A DNA stretch of 45,317 nt from Flavobacteriaceae bacterium (GCA_013042715.1 JABDPN010000169.1:1-45317), one strand, 5' to 3'; shown: positions 27,649-37,086, counted from the stretch's first letter. Notes: generated by a model from the sequence alone, not told the origin. Program-made: numbers and translations.

Positions 27649-28650
27649 ATGGAAGAAAGTAGCACAATAGACATTAAAACTATTAACGAGAAAATTGAAA
27701 AAGAAAGTGCTTTTATAGACTTACTCATGCTCGAAATAAACAAAGTTATTGTAGGGCAAAAGCATATGGTAGAAAGACTACTTATTGGCCTGTTAGGACA
27801 AGGTCACATATTGTTAGAAGGTGTTCCTGGTTTAGCAAAAACACTTGCCATTAACACGCTTTCTCAAGCAGTAGATGGAGATTTTAGTAGAATACAGTTC
27901 ACACCAGATTTATTACCTGCAGACGTAATAGGTACACTTATCTATAACATGAAGGAGAACGATTTTTCTATTAAAAAGGGTCCAATTTTTGCAAATTTTG
28001 TTTTATCAGATGAGATTAACAGAGCGCCAGCAAAAGTACAATCGGCTTTACTAGAAGCGATGCAAGAAAAGCAAGTTACTATTGGTGATGAAACCTTTAT
28101 TTTGGATAAACCATTTTTAGTGATGGCGACTCAAAACCCAGTAGAACAAGAAGGTACTTACCCTTTGCCAGAAGCTCAAGTAGACCGTTTTATGCTAAAA
28201 ACTGTTATCGATTATCCTAAAATGGATGAAGAGCAGCTTATAATGAGAGCGAATTTAAAAGGCGATTTTGAAAAGGTAAATAAAGTCGTATCATTAAAGC
28301 AAATTTTAAATGCTCAAGAAGCAGTTAGAAGTGTTTACATGGATGAGAAAATCGAAAAATATATTTTAGATATCGTATTTGCAACGCGTTATCCAGAAAA
28401 ATATGGATTAGCAGAATTAAAACCTTTAATTTCTTTTGGCGCTTCACCACGTGGAAGTATTAACCTTGGAATAGCTTCAAAATGTTACGCCTTTATAAAA
28501 CATAGAGGTTATGTTATTCCAGAAGATGTAAGAGCAGTCATTCATGATGTATTACGTCATAGAATTGGAATTACTTACGAAGCAGAAGCTGAAAATGTCA
28601 CTTCAGAAGACATCATAAATAAAATTGTAAATCAAGTAGAGGTACCATAA
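27649..28650 (+). CDS. MoxR-family AAA+ ATPase
   Basis: 333 aa. Walker A LEGVPGLAKT, Walker B FVLSDEINRAP, ATQNP.E.EGTYPLPEAQ.DRF. Confidence 0.93.
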   Translation: MEESSTIDIKTINEKIEKESAFIDLLMLEINKVIVGQKHMVERLLIGLLGQGHILLEGVPGLAKTLAINTLSQAVDGDFSRIQFTPDLLPADVIGTLIYNMKENDFSIKKGPIFANFVLSDEINRAPAKVQSALLEAMQEKQVTIGDETFILDKPFLVMATQNPVEQEGTYPLPEAQVDRFMLKTVIDYPKMDEEQLIMRANLKGDFEKVNKVVSLKQILNAQEAVRSVYMDEKIEKYILDIVFATRYPEKYGLAELKPLISFGASPRGSINLGIASKCYAFIKHRGYVIPEDVRAVIHDVLRHRIGITYEAEAENVTSEDIINKIVNQVEVP

Positions 28651-28698
28651 AAAGCTCTTAGCATCTAGCAAACTAGCCAATTAGCATAAGCTTAAAAC

Positions 28699-29565
28699 AT
28701 GGACACAAAGGAATTACTAAAGAAAGTACGAAAAATTGAGATTAAGACAAGACGCTTGTCAGATCATATATTTGGAGGCGAATATCATTCTACCTTTAAA
28801 GGTCGTGGGATGACTTTTTCTGAAGTAAGACAATATCAATTTGGTGATGATGTAAGAAATATTGATTGGAACGTAACAGCACGTTATAACGAGCCTTATG
28901 TTAAAGTTTTTGAAGAAGAACGCGAACTCACTATGATGCTCATGGTAGATTTTTCTGGCTCAAAACTCTTTGGAACTATAGAGCAATTTAAAATTGAAAT
29001 TGTTACTGAAATTGCTGCAACTCTTGCATTTTCAGCAACGCAAAACAACGATAAGATAGGACTTATTCTATTTTCAGATGAAGTAGAGCTATTCATTCCA
29101 CCAAAAAAAGGACGCTCTCATGTGCTAAGGATAATTAGAGAATTAATTGAGTTTGAACCAAAAAGCAAACTTACCAATGTAGCAGAAGCTTTAAAGTTTT
29201 TATCTAATGTTATGAAGAAGCGTGCTATTGTTTTTATCATGTCAGATTTTATAACAGAGAATTATCAGCACACCTTAAAAATAGCATCTGGAAGACATGA
29301 TGTAACAGGAATTAGAGTTTATGACAAGCATGAGGAGAGTATTCCAAATCTCGGGATGGTTCAAATGATTGACGAAGAAACAGGAGAATCTGTACTTGTC
29401 AATACAACATCTAAAAAAGTAAGACTTAATTACGCGAAGTACTATAGAGAAAAAGTTGACTATTTTAAAGATAGCTTTAAAAAATCTGGAGCTGGAGTAA
29501 TTGATTGTAGAGTAGACGAAAGCTATGTTAAAAAGCTACTAGGATATTTTAAAAGAAGAGGATAA
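28699..29565 (+). CDS. DUF58 domain-containing protein (MoxR partner)
   Basis: 288 aa. VRQYQFGDDVRNIDWNVTAR is the hallmark DUF58 motif. A VWA-like core follows (MLMVDFSGS). Confidence 0.9.
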   Translation: MDTKELLKKVRKIEIKTRRLSDHIFGGEYHSTFKGRGMTFSEVRQYQFGDDVRNIDWNVTARYNEPYVKVFEEERELTMMLMVDFSGSKLFGTIEQFKIEIVTEIAATLAFSATQNNDKIGLILFSDEVELFIPPKKGRSHVLRIIRELIEFEPKSKLTNVAEALKFLSNVMKKRAIVFIMSDFITENYQHTLKIASGRHDVTGIRVYDKHEESIPNLGMVQMIDEETGESVLVNTTSKKVRLNYAKYYREKVDYFKDSFKKSGAGVIDCRVDESYVKKLLGYFKRRG

Positions 29566-29572
29566 AGCTTTT

Positions 29573-31273
29573 ATGATTAAAGAAATACCAAATATAAATT
29601 TTGTAATAAAGCGAACAAGAAACCTTGTGATGTCTATATTATTTGTTCTTTGTTCTTTGTCCACATTCTCTCAAGTATCATCTACTATAGACTCAACTTC
29701 TATTAAAATTGGAGAACAAATCCTCTACAAAATTTCTGTTGAATCAGACACCACAGATTTTGTAGTTTTTCCAGAAGGGCAAACATTTCAGCCTCTTGAA
29801 ATGATAGAGTCCTTTAAAATTGATACTACTAAAAAAGATGCAAAGTATTATTTAATTAAAAAGTACGGTTTAACACAATTCGATTCCGGCAAATACACCA
29901 TTCCGCAACAAAAAATTGTCATTGGAGACAAAGTATTGCTAACAGATTCATTACACGTTGAGGTAAACCCTGTAATAGTAGACACTACAAAACAAAAACT
30001 ATACGATATTAAACCAATTCTACCAGTAGATAAAAGTCCAACTTATTGGTGGCTTTACACTTTGATGATTTTACTGATATTAGCATTAGTTACGTTCTTG
30101 TTATATTGGTTTGTATGGCGAGAAAAACCATTGACTGAAGAAGAAAAGGAGGCTTTAATCCCACCTTATGATAGAGCAAAACAAGCTTTAAAAGAACTCG
30201 ATAATTCAGACTATTTAATAAATGATGAAATAAAAACGTTTTATTCTGAATTAACCCTTATTATAAGAAAATACATAGACGAAAAAGTCTATGAAAAATC
30301 ACTTGAAAGCACAACAGACGAATTAATAGAAAGACTTCAACTCCTTAAGGACGGTAACCAAATAGATTTAAGCAAAGACACGATTAAAAATATTGAAACC
30401 ATTTTAAAACGTGCAGATTTAGTAAAGTTTGCGAAGTCTAAACCAGATGTTGAGTTGGCAAAACTGGATAGAAACACAATAGATGTAGAAATTGATCACG
30501 TAAAAGAGTCCTTACCTGAGCCAACAGAAGAGGAGTTACTTGCAGACCAACAATATCAAGAAGAATTAGCAAGAAAGAAAAAGCGCAGAAAAGTATTAAT
30601 TACGGTACTTGTGGCTTCTTTTTTAGTTATTGCAACTGTAGTTGGTTTAACCATTCATTATGGATTTACATATGTAAAAGACACAATCCTTGGTCATCCA
30701 AGTAAAGAATTGTTAGAAGAAAAAGAATGGGTTACTAGCGAATATGGAGCACCAGGAATTACTATAACAACACCTAAGGTGTTAAGACGGATAGAAGTTC
30801 CTATTCCAGAAGAAATGAAAGACAAAATGAAAGTCGCTGCTTTTGGGTATGGTGGAATTAATTCAAACTTAGATATTGCAGTAATTAGTACAAAAATTGC
30901 TCAGCAAAATCGACCTCAAAGTCAAAATGAAGAATCTCAAGAAGGTGAAAATCAAATTGATTTGCTCCAAGTGGCAGAACAACAATTGTTACAGCTGGAA
31001 GCAAAAGGAGCTCAAAATATAATTACTAAAAACGAACAGTTTATAACGCCAAATGGTCAAGAAGGGTTAAAAACTTTTGGAACAGCAGATTTTGCTCATC
31101 CTATTACTGGAAATGTAGAAGCCGGAAACTATGTTATACTAGGATTTACAACTCAAAATCTAATTCAGCAAGTGGTTTTAATTTGGAAACAAGATGATAC
31201 GTATGCAGATACAATTATTGAGAGAATATTAAATTCTATAGAATTAATAAAACTAGAAGAAGAGAACGAGTAA
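29573..31273 (+). CDS. Two-TM membrane protein; BatD-paralogous N-terminal domain and helical (DUF4381-like) segment plus an extra C-terminal domain (third gene of the Bat operon)
   Basis: 566 aa. Signal peptide, then an Ig-like segment (..FDSGKYTIPQQKIVIGDKVLLTDSLHVEV) parallel to BatD (..KKRGTFQIGQATIEIEGEIYKTNPVSITV). Next come TM YWWLYTLMILLILALVTFLLYWFVW, a helical segment ending LKRADLVKFAK (compare BatD LQSCELARYTP), and a second TM VLITVLVASFLVIATVVGL. The final about 190 aa are unrecognised. Confidence 0.7.
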   Translation: MIKEIPNINFVIKRTRNLVMSILFVLCSLSTFSQVSSTIDSTSIKIGEQILYKISVESDTTDFVVFPEGQTFQPLEMIESFKIDTTKKDAKYYLIKKYGLTQFDSGKYTIPQQKIVIGDKVLLTDSLHVEVNPVIVDTTKQKLYDIKPILPVDKSPTYWWLYTLMILLILALVTFLLYWFVWREKPLTEEEKEALIPPYDRAKQALKELDNSDYLINDEIKTFYSELTLIIRKYIDEKVYEKSLESTTDELIERLQLLKDGNQIDLSKDTIKNIETILKRADLVKFAKSKPDVELAKLDRNTIDVEIDHVKESLPEPTEEELLADQQYQEELARKKKRRKVLITVLVASFLVIATVVGLTIHYGFTYVKDTILGHPSKELLEEKEWVTSEYGAPGITITTPKVLRRIEVPIPEEMKDKMKVAAFGYGGINSNLDIAVISTKIAQQNRPQSQNEESQEGENQIDLLQVAEQQLLQLEAKGAQNIITKNEQFITPNGQEGLKTFGTADFAHPITGNVEAGNYVILGFTTQNLIQQVVLIWKQDDTYADTIIERILNSIELIKLEEENE

Positions 31274-32277
31274 TGTTAGAAGGAATAGATTTTGCAAATA
31301 AAGAATTATTATGGTTGCTGTTGCTACTTCCATTAGCAATACTGTGGTATATAATTAAACACAAAAAGCAAACATCAGAATTAAGTATATCAACACTTAA
31401 AGGCTTCAAACTTACTAATTCGTTTTGGTCAAAACTTAGGCATTTATTATTTGTATTGCGTATGATTGCTTTAACACTTCTTATTGTCGCGATTGCAAGA
31501 CCACAAACTGTAGATGTAAGTACTAAAACCAAAACAACTCGTGGTATTGATATTATTATTGCCATTGATGTTTCTGCAAGTATGTTGGCAAAAGATTTAA
31601 AACCAAACAGACTTGAAGCCTTAAAAAATGTTGCTGCAGAATTTATTAATGGAAGACCAAATGATAGAATTGGTTTAGTTGAATATGCTGGTGAAAGCTA
31701 TACAAAAACACCAATTACAAGTGATAAAGGCATTGTGTTACGTTCTCTTAAAGAAATAAAATATAACAACATTATTGAAGGTGGAACAGCTATTGGAATG
31801 GGTTTAGCAACAGCTGTAAATAGAATTAAAGACAGTGAAGCAAAAAGTAAAGTTATTATTTTACTTACAGATGGTGTCAATAACTCTGGATTTATAGACC
31901 CGCAAACAGCTAGTGAGTTAGCTGTAGAATATGGAGTAAAAACCTATACTATTGGCTTGGGAACTAATGGAATGGCATTATCACCAATTGCAATGAGTAG
32001 AGATGGAAAATTTCAATATGGACGCGTTCAAGTTGAAATTGATGAAGAGTTGTTAAAAGAAATTGCAAATGCAACAGGAGGAAAATATTTTAGAGCAACA
32101 AATAATAAAAAGCTAAAAGAGATTTATAAAGAAATAGACAAACTAGAAAAAACAGATGTAGACGAGTTTAAATTTTACAATTACGAAGAAAAATTTAGAC
32201 CAATAGTACTACTTGCTGGCTTATTCCTATTGATAGAGTTGTTGCTAAAATTTACAATATTTAGAAGTTTTATTTAA
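31273..32277 (+). CDS. batA: VWA-domain membrane protein, BatA
   Basis: 334 aa. N-terminal TMs, MIDAS DVSASM, C-terminal TM. Position and order match the Bacteroides Bat operon. The start overlaps the upstream stop (TAATG). Confidence 0.85.
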   Translation: MLEGIDFANKELLWLLLLLPLAILWYIIKHKKQTSELSISTLKGFKLTNSFWSKLRHLLFVLRMIALTLLIVAIARPQTVDVSTKTKTTRGIDIIIAIDVSASMLAKDLKPNRLEALKNVAAEFINGRPNDRIGLVEYAGESYTKTPITSDKGIVLRSLKEIKYNNIIEGGTAIGMGLATAVNRIKDSEAKSKVIILLTDGVNNSGFIDPQTASELAVEYGVKTYTIGLGTNGMALSPIAMSRDGKFQYGRVQVEIDEELLKEIANATGGKYFRATNNKKLKEIYKEIDKLEKTDVDEFKFYNYEEKFRPIVLLAGLFLLIELLLKFTIFRSFI

Positions 32278-33311
32278 TGCAGTTAGATGAAAAAATATGG
32301 TTTTGGTTCTTGTTGGTTATTCCGGCAATGGTTTTGTTATTTTTAATTCTTCAAATTTGGAAACATAAAACACAAAAGCGCTTTGCCGACAAGAAGTTAT
32401 TAGAAAGACTTAGTCCAGACAAGTCTTTGTTTAAATCTATACTGAAGCTTTTTGTATGGTCTTTAGCGATAGCTTTTTTAGTATTTGGATTAGTAAACCC
32501 AAAAATTGGAACAAAACTAGAAACGGTAAAACGTGAAGGGGTTGATATTGTCTTTGCAATAGACGTATCAAAAAGTATGCTTGCAGAAGATATTGCACCT
32601 AATAGATTGGAAAAATCCAAACAATTAGTTACCCAAATCATAAATAATCTAGCAAGTGATAGAATTGGGGTTATCGCATACGCTGGGAAAGCATTTCCAC
32701 AGTTACCAATTACAACAGATTATGCGTCTGCAAAAATGTTCTTGCAAAGCATGAATACAGATATGCTTTCTTCTCAAGGAACTGCAATAGACGAAGCCAT
32801 TCAACTAGCAAGAACCTATTATGATGATGAAGAGCAAACCAATCGTGTGCTAATTATTATTTCAGATGGCGAAGATCATAACGATATAGCTGTAGATGTT
32901 GCGGAAGCAGCTGCAGAAGAGGGTATTAAGATTTTTACAATCGGTGTAGGCGAATTAAAAGGAGGTCCAATTCCTATTAAACGAAACGGAATTGTTCTAA
33001 ACTATAAAAAAGATAGTAAAGGGGAAACTGTAATAACCAAACTAAACGAAGACACATTAAAAGAAATCGCTCAAGAAGGTAATGGCGAATATGTTAATGG
33101 GAGAAATACAAACCAAGTTGTGGAGACCGTTAGAGATATTCTAAATAAGTTGGATAAAAAAGAATTCGAAGCAAAACAATTTTCAGAATACAAAGACCAG
33201 TTTCAGTGGTTTTTAGGCTTTGCTATTTTCTTTTTGTTTATAGATATATTTTTATTAGAACGAAAAACAGCATGGTTAAAACGTTTAAATTTATTTAACG
33301 AAAACTTATGA
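32277..33311 (+). CDS. batB: VWA-domain membrane protein, BatB
   Basis: 344 aa. N-terminal TMs, MIDAS DVSKSM, LIIISDGEDH, C-terminal TM. TAATG overlap with batA. Confidence 0.85.
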   Translation: MQLDEKIWFWFLLVIPAMVLLFLILQIWKHKTQKRFADKKLLERLSPDKSLFKSILKLFVWSLAIAFLVFGLVNPKIGTKLETVKREGVDIVFAIDVSKSMLAEDIAPNRLEKSKQLVTQIINNLASDRIGVIAYAGKAFPQLPITTDYASAKMFLQSMNTDMLSSQGTAIDEAIQLARTYYDDEEQTNRVLIIISDGEDHNDIAVDVAEAAAEEGIKIFTIGVGELKGGPIPIKRNGIVLNYKKDSKGETVITKLNEDTLKEIAQEGNGEYVNGRNTNQVVETVRDILNKLDKKEFEAKQFSEYKDQFQWFLGFAIFFLFIDIFLLERKTAWLKRLNLFNENL

Positions 33312-34198
33312 TGATGGCTTTAAAATTATTATTATTTTTTGTTTTAAAACAAGAAAAATACAACATATTGTTTTCAGGAAAACACATATTACGTTTTGCT
33401 TTTGGGTTGATGGTCACTTTAAGTTTTTCACAAGAACAAGAAAAAATCCTAGAACGCTCAAACGATTATATATATGAAGCAAATAAAATCGTTAACGAAG
33501 ATTTTATTACTGCCGAAATGGAATATAGAAAAGCAGTTTCTGTTAAACCAGATAATGCTATTGGGAACTACAATTTAGGTAATGCCTATTTCAAATCAGG
33601 ATTGTTAGATGAAGCATTGTTAAGACATATAGAAGCTGCAGAACATGCAAGCACAAAAGAAGAACGTTATAAAGCGTTTCATAACGTTGGAAATGTTTTA
33701 ATGCAGCAAAACCAATGCAAAAAAGCTGTTGAAGCTTATAAAAATGCTTTAAGAAACAATCCATCAGATGACGAAACACGTTACAACTTAGCATTAGCAA
33801 AAGAATGTGCTGACAAACAAGGTGAGAGTGATGATGGTGAAAAAGATCAGAAAGAAGATCAAAAAAACGAAGAAAACAAAGATCAGGAGAATAAAGACGA
33901 TAAAAACAAGGACCAGAACGACCAAGACCAAGAAAATAATGACGAAGGCGATAAGGATGAGGATAAAAAAGATGGAGACGATAAAAAAGACGATAAAGGC
34001 AATCCTAAAGATCAAGACAAAAACAAAAAAGGAAACTCTAACGATAAGAAAAATCAACAGCCACAACAAGGAAAACTATCACCTCAGCAGGTTAAAAACT
34101 TGTTAGAAGCTATGAATAATGAAGAGAAAAAAGTACAAGACAAAATAAACGCTAAAAAAGCAAAAGGAGTTAAAATAAAAACTGAAAAAGATTGGTAA
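33308..34198 (+). CDS. batC: TPR-repeat protein with low-complexity K/D/N/Q-rich tail, BatC
   Basis: 296 aa. TPR motifs (AIGNYNLGNAYFKSG, AVEAYKNALRNNPSDDETRYNLALA). ATGA overlap with batB. Confidence 0.8.
   Translation: MMMALKLLLFFVLKQEKYNILFSGKHILRFAFGLMVTLSFSQEQEKILERSNDYIYEANKIVNEDFITAEMEYRKAVSVKPDNAIGNYNLGNAYFKSGLLDEALLRHIEAAEHASTKEERYKAFHNVGNVLMQQNQCKKAVEAYKNALRNNPSDDETRYNLALAKECADKQGESDDGEKDQKEDQKNEENKDQENKDDKNKDQNDQDQENNDEGDKDEDKKDGDDKKDDKGNPKDQDKNKKGNSNDKKNQQPQQGKLSPQQVKNLLEAMNNEEKKVQDKINAKKAKGVKIKTEKDW
33821..34070 (+). repeat. Low-complexity purine-rich coding tract (BatC tail)
   Basis: Encodes GESDDGEKDQKEDQKNEENKDQENKDDKNKDQNDQDQENNDEGDKDEDKKDGDDKKDDKGNPKDQDKNKKGNSNDKKNQQPQQ. 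It generates spurious ORFs in other frames and on the other strand. Confidence 0.85.
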
Positions 34199-34202
34199 CT
34201 AA

Positions 34203-35963
34203 ATGAAACTAAAGATATACATACTAGCCTTTCTTTTAAGCAGCATAGTCTCTGCTCAAGTTTCATTTGTAGCAAAACCAAGTAAAACAAATTTAGGTGT
34301 AAACGAGCGTTTGCGTGTAGATTTTGTAATGAATAAAGATGGCGATAATTTTAACTCACCAAGTTTTGAAAACTTTACAGTAATAGGAGGCCCAAATCAG
34401 TCCATAAGTACATCTTGGGTTAATGGTAAACGAAGTTATTCCAAAACCTACAGTTTCTTTTTAGCACCGAAAAAAAGAGGAACTTTTCAAATTGGACAAG
34501 CAACTATAGAAATTGAAGGTGAAATCTATAAAACCAATCCAGTTTCAATAACTGTTACTGCAGCTGTAGATAAGCCCAAAAATCCAAATGATCCAAACTA
34601 TATTGCAGACCAAAACATTCATCTTGTTGCAGAAGTTTCGAAAACCAACCCATACTTAAACGAAGCTATAACGGTAGTTTACAAATTGTATGTTTCACCA
34701 GACACTGGAGTTGATAATTGGAGAGAAATAGATAATCCTAGATACAACGACTTTTGGAGTCAGAATATTGATGTAAAAGGATTAAAAATTCAAAATGGAA
34801 CATACAAGGGCGAAGAATATCGTTATGTTGTATTGCGTAAAACAGTGCTCTATCCACAAAAAACGGGAAAGCTAAATATTGAACCTTTGGCTTTAGATAT
34901 TTCAGTTCAAGTACCTACAAGTAATAGAGATATTTTTGGTAGACGACTTATGAAATCTGTTCATAAAACAGTTGCAGCAGGAAATAGAACAATTAACGTG
35001 AAACCCTTACCAAATCAAGGAAAACCACTCAACTTTTCTGGTGCTGTTGGCCGTTTCGATTTTTCAGTAAAGACAAATAAAAACGAATTAAAAGCAACAG
35101 AAGCCTTACAGGTAGATGTTGAGGTATCAGGAAAAGGAAACTTAAAACTGTTTGAACTTCCTAAACTGTCATTACCTAGTTCTCTTGAAGTTTATGAGCC
35201 AGAACATAAAGAGAATGTTTCTACCATTTTAAGTGGTATGAAAGGAAAAATTTCAGATTCATATACAGTAGTACCTACATATCAAGGAAAATATCCAATT
35301 CCTGGAATTTCTTTTACGTATTTCGATTTAAAAACAGAAATGTATAAAACAATTTCATCAGAAGAGCTATTAATTAATGTAATAGAAGGGCCAATAAATA
35401 ATGCTGTGTCAAATAAGATACCTTCTATAAATAAACAAAGCGTAATTACATCAGGAAATCAATTTTTGGCATTTAAAACCAAAACAGAATTTACAAGCAT
35501 AGAACAAAAACGGTTCTTTAAATCTAAAAGTTTTTGGGCTTCATTACTTCTACCGTTTTTAGCAATTCCATTAGCCATTGTTATAAGAAGAAGAAAAGAT
35601 GAACGCGATGCAGATGTAGTTGGAAATAAAATTAGATTAGCTAACAAATTAGTAAGAAAATATCTTGGTGATGCGAAAAAACAACTTGGTAATAAAGAAG
35701 GGTTTTACAATGCTTTAGAACGTGCTTTGCATAATTATTTAAAAGCAAAACTCAAGATTGAAACCAATGAGGTAAGTAAAGAAAAAATCACATCTTTGTT
35801 AGGTGAAAAATCTGTAGAAACCAAGAATGTTGATGAGTTCATATCATTACTACAAAGTTGTGAATTAGCACGATACACACCATTTACTAATGTAGAAATG
35901 CAACAAGATTACAAAAAGGCATCATCAGTAATTTCTAGAATAGACAAACAAATACGCAGATAA
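34203..35963 (+). CDS. batD: BatD (oxygen-tolerance family) protein
   Basis: 586 aa. Signal peptide, repeated Ig-like periplasmic domains, a single TM (FWASLLLPFLAIPLAIVI) and a cytoplasmic helical tail. Position follows the TPR protein as in Bat operons. Confidence 0.82.
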   Translation: MKLKIYILAFLLSSIVSAQVSFVAKPSKTNLGVNERLRVDFVMNKDGDNFNSPSFENFTVIGGPNQSISTSWVNGKRSYSKTYSFFLAPKKRGTFQIGQATIEIEGEIYKTNPVSITVTAAVDKPKNPNDPNYIADQNIHLVAEVSKTNPYLNEAITVVYKLYVSPDTGVDNWREIDNPRYNDFWSQNIDVKGLKIQNGTYKGEEYRYVVLRKTVLYPQKTGKLNIEPLALDISVQVPTSNRDIFGRRLMKSVHKTVAAGNRTINVKPLPNQGKPLNFSGAVGRFDFSVKTNKNELKATEALQVDVEVSGKGNLKLFELPKLSLPSSLEVYEPEHKENVSTILSGMKGKISDSYTVVPTYQGKYPIPGISFTYFDLKTEMYKTISSEELLINVIEGPINNAVSNKIPSINKQSVITSGNQFLAFKTKTEFTSIEQKRFFKSKSFWASLLLPFLAIPLAIVIRRRKDERDADVVGNKIRLANKLVRKYLGDAKKQLGNKEGFYNALERALHNYLKAKLKIETNEVSKEKITSLLGEKSVETKNVDEFISLLQSCELARYTPFTNVEMQQDYKKASSVISRIDKQIRR

Positions 35964-35972
35964 TAAACAATC

Positions 35973-36725
35973 ATGAAGAAAGTAGTTTCCATAGTAAGTT
36001 TTCTTTTAACATTTGTTGCATTTGCGCAAAATAATGTTATTTATCAAGAAGGTAATGCCCTATATAATCAAGGTAAATACCAAGAAGCTATTACCGCTTA
36101 TGAAACCATAATAGATAACGGAGAACATTCTGCAGAACTCTATTTTAACCTTGGGAATGCCTATTATAAACTCAATAGTATTGCTCCAAGTATTTATTAT
36201 TACGAAAAAGCTTTACAATTAAACCCAAAAGATAAAGACATTCAAAATAATTTAACATTTGCTAAAAACATGACCATTGATGCAATTGAAGAAGTTCCTT
36301 CAATTGGACTAAATCGTTTTATGAAAAGCTTTATCAAATTTTTTGATTTTGAAACTTGGGCAATATTATCAGTAGGTTTTGTTTTTGCTTTTGTTGTTAT
36401 ATTTTTAATGTACTACTTCTCTCATTCAACAGGAAAAAAGCGTTTTCTATTCTTGTCAAGTATAGCAAGTTTGGTATTTATGGTTTTTTGCTTGTTCTTT
36501 GCTTTTCAAAATTTCAACCTTGAAAAAAACGACAAACCTGCTATAGTTTTCGCTAAAAAAAGTCAGGTTAGAACAGAACCAAATTTAAGAAGCGAAAACG
36601 CTTTTTTCTTACACGAAGGCACTAAGATTCAAATGCTTGAAATATATAATGAAGATTGGGTTAAAATAAAAATTGCAGATGGTAAAACTGGCTGGATAGT
36701 TTCAGAGGATATAAAACCTTTATAA
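35973..36725 (+). CDS. batE: TPR plus SH3-domain membrane protein, BatE
   Basis: 250 aa. Signal peptide, TPRs (NALYNQGKYQEAITAYE, YFNLGNAYYKL), two TMs, and a C-terminal SH3b (EDWVKIKIADGKTGWIVSEDI). Confidence 0.8.
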   Translation: MKKVVSIVSFLLTFVAFAQNNVIYQEGNALYNQGKYQEAITAYETIIDNGEHSAELYFNLGNAYYKLNSIAPSIYYYEKALQLNPKDKDIQNNLTFAKNMTIDAIEEVPSIGLNRFMKSFIKFFDFETWAILSVGFVFAFVVIFLMYYFSHSTGKKRFLFLSSIASLVFMVFCLFFAFQNFNLEKNDKPAIVFAKKSQVRTEPNLRSENAFFLHEGTKIQMLEIYNEDWVKIKIADGKTGWIVSEDIKPL

Positions 36726-36755
36726 ATATCTTAACAAGATATCAGTGTTTTTTTA

Positions 36756-36763
36756 TATGTTTG
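36756..36763 (+). promoter_or_regulatory. Candidate -7 box TAtgTTTG for the small membrane protein/SulP unit
   Basis: Perfect TAnnTTTG, 20 nt upstream of the ATG at 36784. It lies inside the GTG-extended ORF from the track, which argues for the shorter start. Confidence 0.4.
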
Positions 36764-36783
36764 TGTTTCATCATTATTTACCA

Positions 36784-37086
36784 ATGATTAAAAAATCTCT
36801 TTTATTAATTTTTTCGTTATTCTTTGTACTGCATACTATAGTACCAAGCGTATTAGTTTTGGTTGATAATTCTTTTGACACAACAATAGTCCATAACCTT
36901 TCAGATGTAGAATCTGAAAATGAAGAAAACGAAGTTAGAAAACAAATCAAATTTGAATTTACAGAGTATATTAATAGAGTAGAAACTTCTAATTCTGGAT
37001 TTCTTTTAGGGTCAATAAACTATTATCTTATCTCATTTTCTGAGCTTCATTTAGAAAACATTTCGCCTCCTCCAGAATTTACCTAG
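36784..37086 (+). CDS. Small hypothetical membrane/secreted protein (100 aa from ATG 36784; the track ORF starts at a GTG at 36745)
   Basis: MIKKSLLLIFSLFFVLHTIVPSVLVLV signal/TM, an acidic stretch SDVESENEENE, and a C-terminal ..LENISPPPEFT. No recognised family. Confidence 0.5.
   Translation: MIKKSLLLIFSLFFVLHTIVPSVLVLVDNSFDTTIVHNLSDVESENEENEVRKQIKFEFTEYINRVETSNSGFLLGSINYYLISFSELHLENISPPPEFT

Noticed and set aside
31236-31565. 109-aa minus-strand ORF across the ORF3/batA junction
   Set aside because: It is antisense to two tightly coupled, well-supported genes and has no upstream signals.
33794-34106. 91-aa (minus) and 99-aa (plus, other frame) ORFs within the batC 3' region
   Set aside because: Both are artefacts of the purine-rich low-complexity tract. 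Their products are poly-F/I/V or poly-K/T/R strings. The BatC frame is continuous with upstream TPR motifs and with operon coupling.
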